From Mobula birostris (Eukaryota): 64,000 bases of DNA. Positions 63,540 through 64,000 of this stretch are shown piece after piece. The notes under the pieces were generated by a model. That model did no database searches. It worked only from the letters and a program-made list of their open reading frames with translations, and was not told the DNA's origin. Both the position numbers and the translations under genes were made by a program. Positions within the stretch are counted from its first letter, which is position 1; each line of letters starts with the position of its first letter. The stretch lies in assembly GCF_030028105.1 (NCBI RefSeq), contig NC_092402.1, positions 28,566,843 to 28,630,842 on the forward strand, written 5' to 3'.

Positions 63540-64000
63540 TCCACAATCTCTTCAGCTGCCTCTTTCAGAAACCTGGGGTGTAGTCCATCTGGTCCAGGTG
63601 ACTTATCTACCTAGAGGACTTCCAGCTTCACAAGCACCTTATCCCTAATAATAGCAACTGCACTCACTTCCATCCCCTGACATCCTTGAACTTATAGCAT
63701 ACTGTTAGTGTCTTCCACACTGAAGACTGATGCAAGATACCTATTCAGTTCATCCGCCATTTCTTTGTCCCTCATTACAACCTTTCCAGCGGTCCAATAT
63801 CTTCTCTCGCCTCTCTTTTATTCTTTTTATATCTGAAAAAACTTTTGGTATCCTCCTTGATATTATTAGCTATTTTACCTTCATAGTTCATCTTTTCCTC
63901 CTTATGGTATTTTTAGTTGCCTTCTGTTGGCTTTTAAAAGCCTCCCAATCCTCTAACTTCACGCTAATTTTTGCTCTATTATATGCTCTCTCTTTTGCTT

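Larger units (their letters stand above)
61170..64000 (-). mobile_element. CR1 LINE running off the window end, interrupted by an LTR mini-element
   Basis: ORFs 61281-61763, 61754-61954 and 61958-62239. 63540-64000 matches about 3620-4090. Confidence 0.93.

Overview
This is AT-rich vertebrate genomic DNA, most likely from a cartilaginous fish (ray or shark), inferred from the repeat families present. It looks intronic or intergenic: no host protein-coding gene could be recognised, and roughly half or more of the window is transposon-derived. It contains many CR1 LINE copies (one near full-length with an SGNH-esterase ORF1, one with an almost intact RT), Rex1/Babar LINEs, a HERO-type RLE retrotransposon, Ty3/Gypsy remnants (a 1.2-kb two-LTR mini-element and a 1.4-kb solo LTR with a 5-bp TSD), a Tigger/pogo deletion derivative, a hAT transposase fossil, and V-SINE- and Deu-SINE-like SINEs. 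The most interesting signal is a dispersed family of Penelope-like (GIY-YIG) terminal repeats carrying a minimal type-I hammerhead ribozyme motif (AGTC-CTGAnGA-stem II-GAAAC-GTC-GACT). Several copies are 130-220-bp head-to-head inverted units flanked by 12-14-bp target-site duplications, so they appear to have inserted as small non-coding ribozyme-bearing retroelements. Family assignments come from motif recognition by eye, and most boundaries are approximate.
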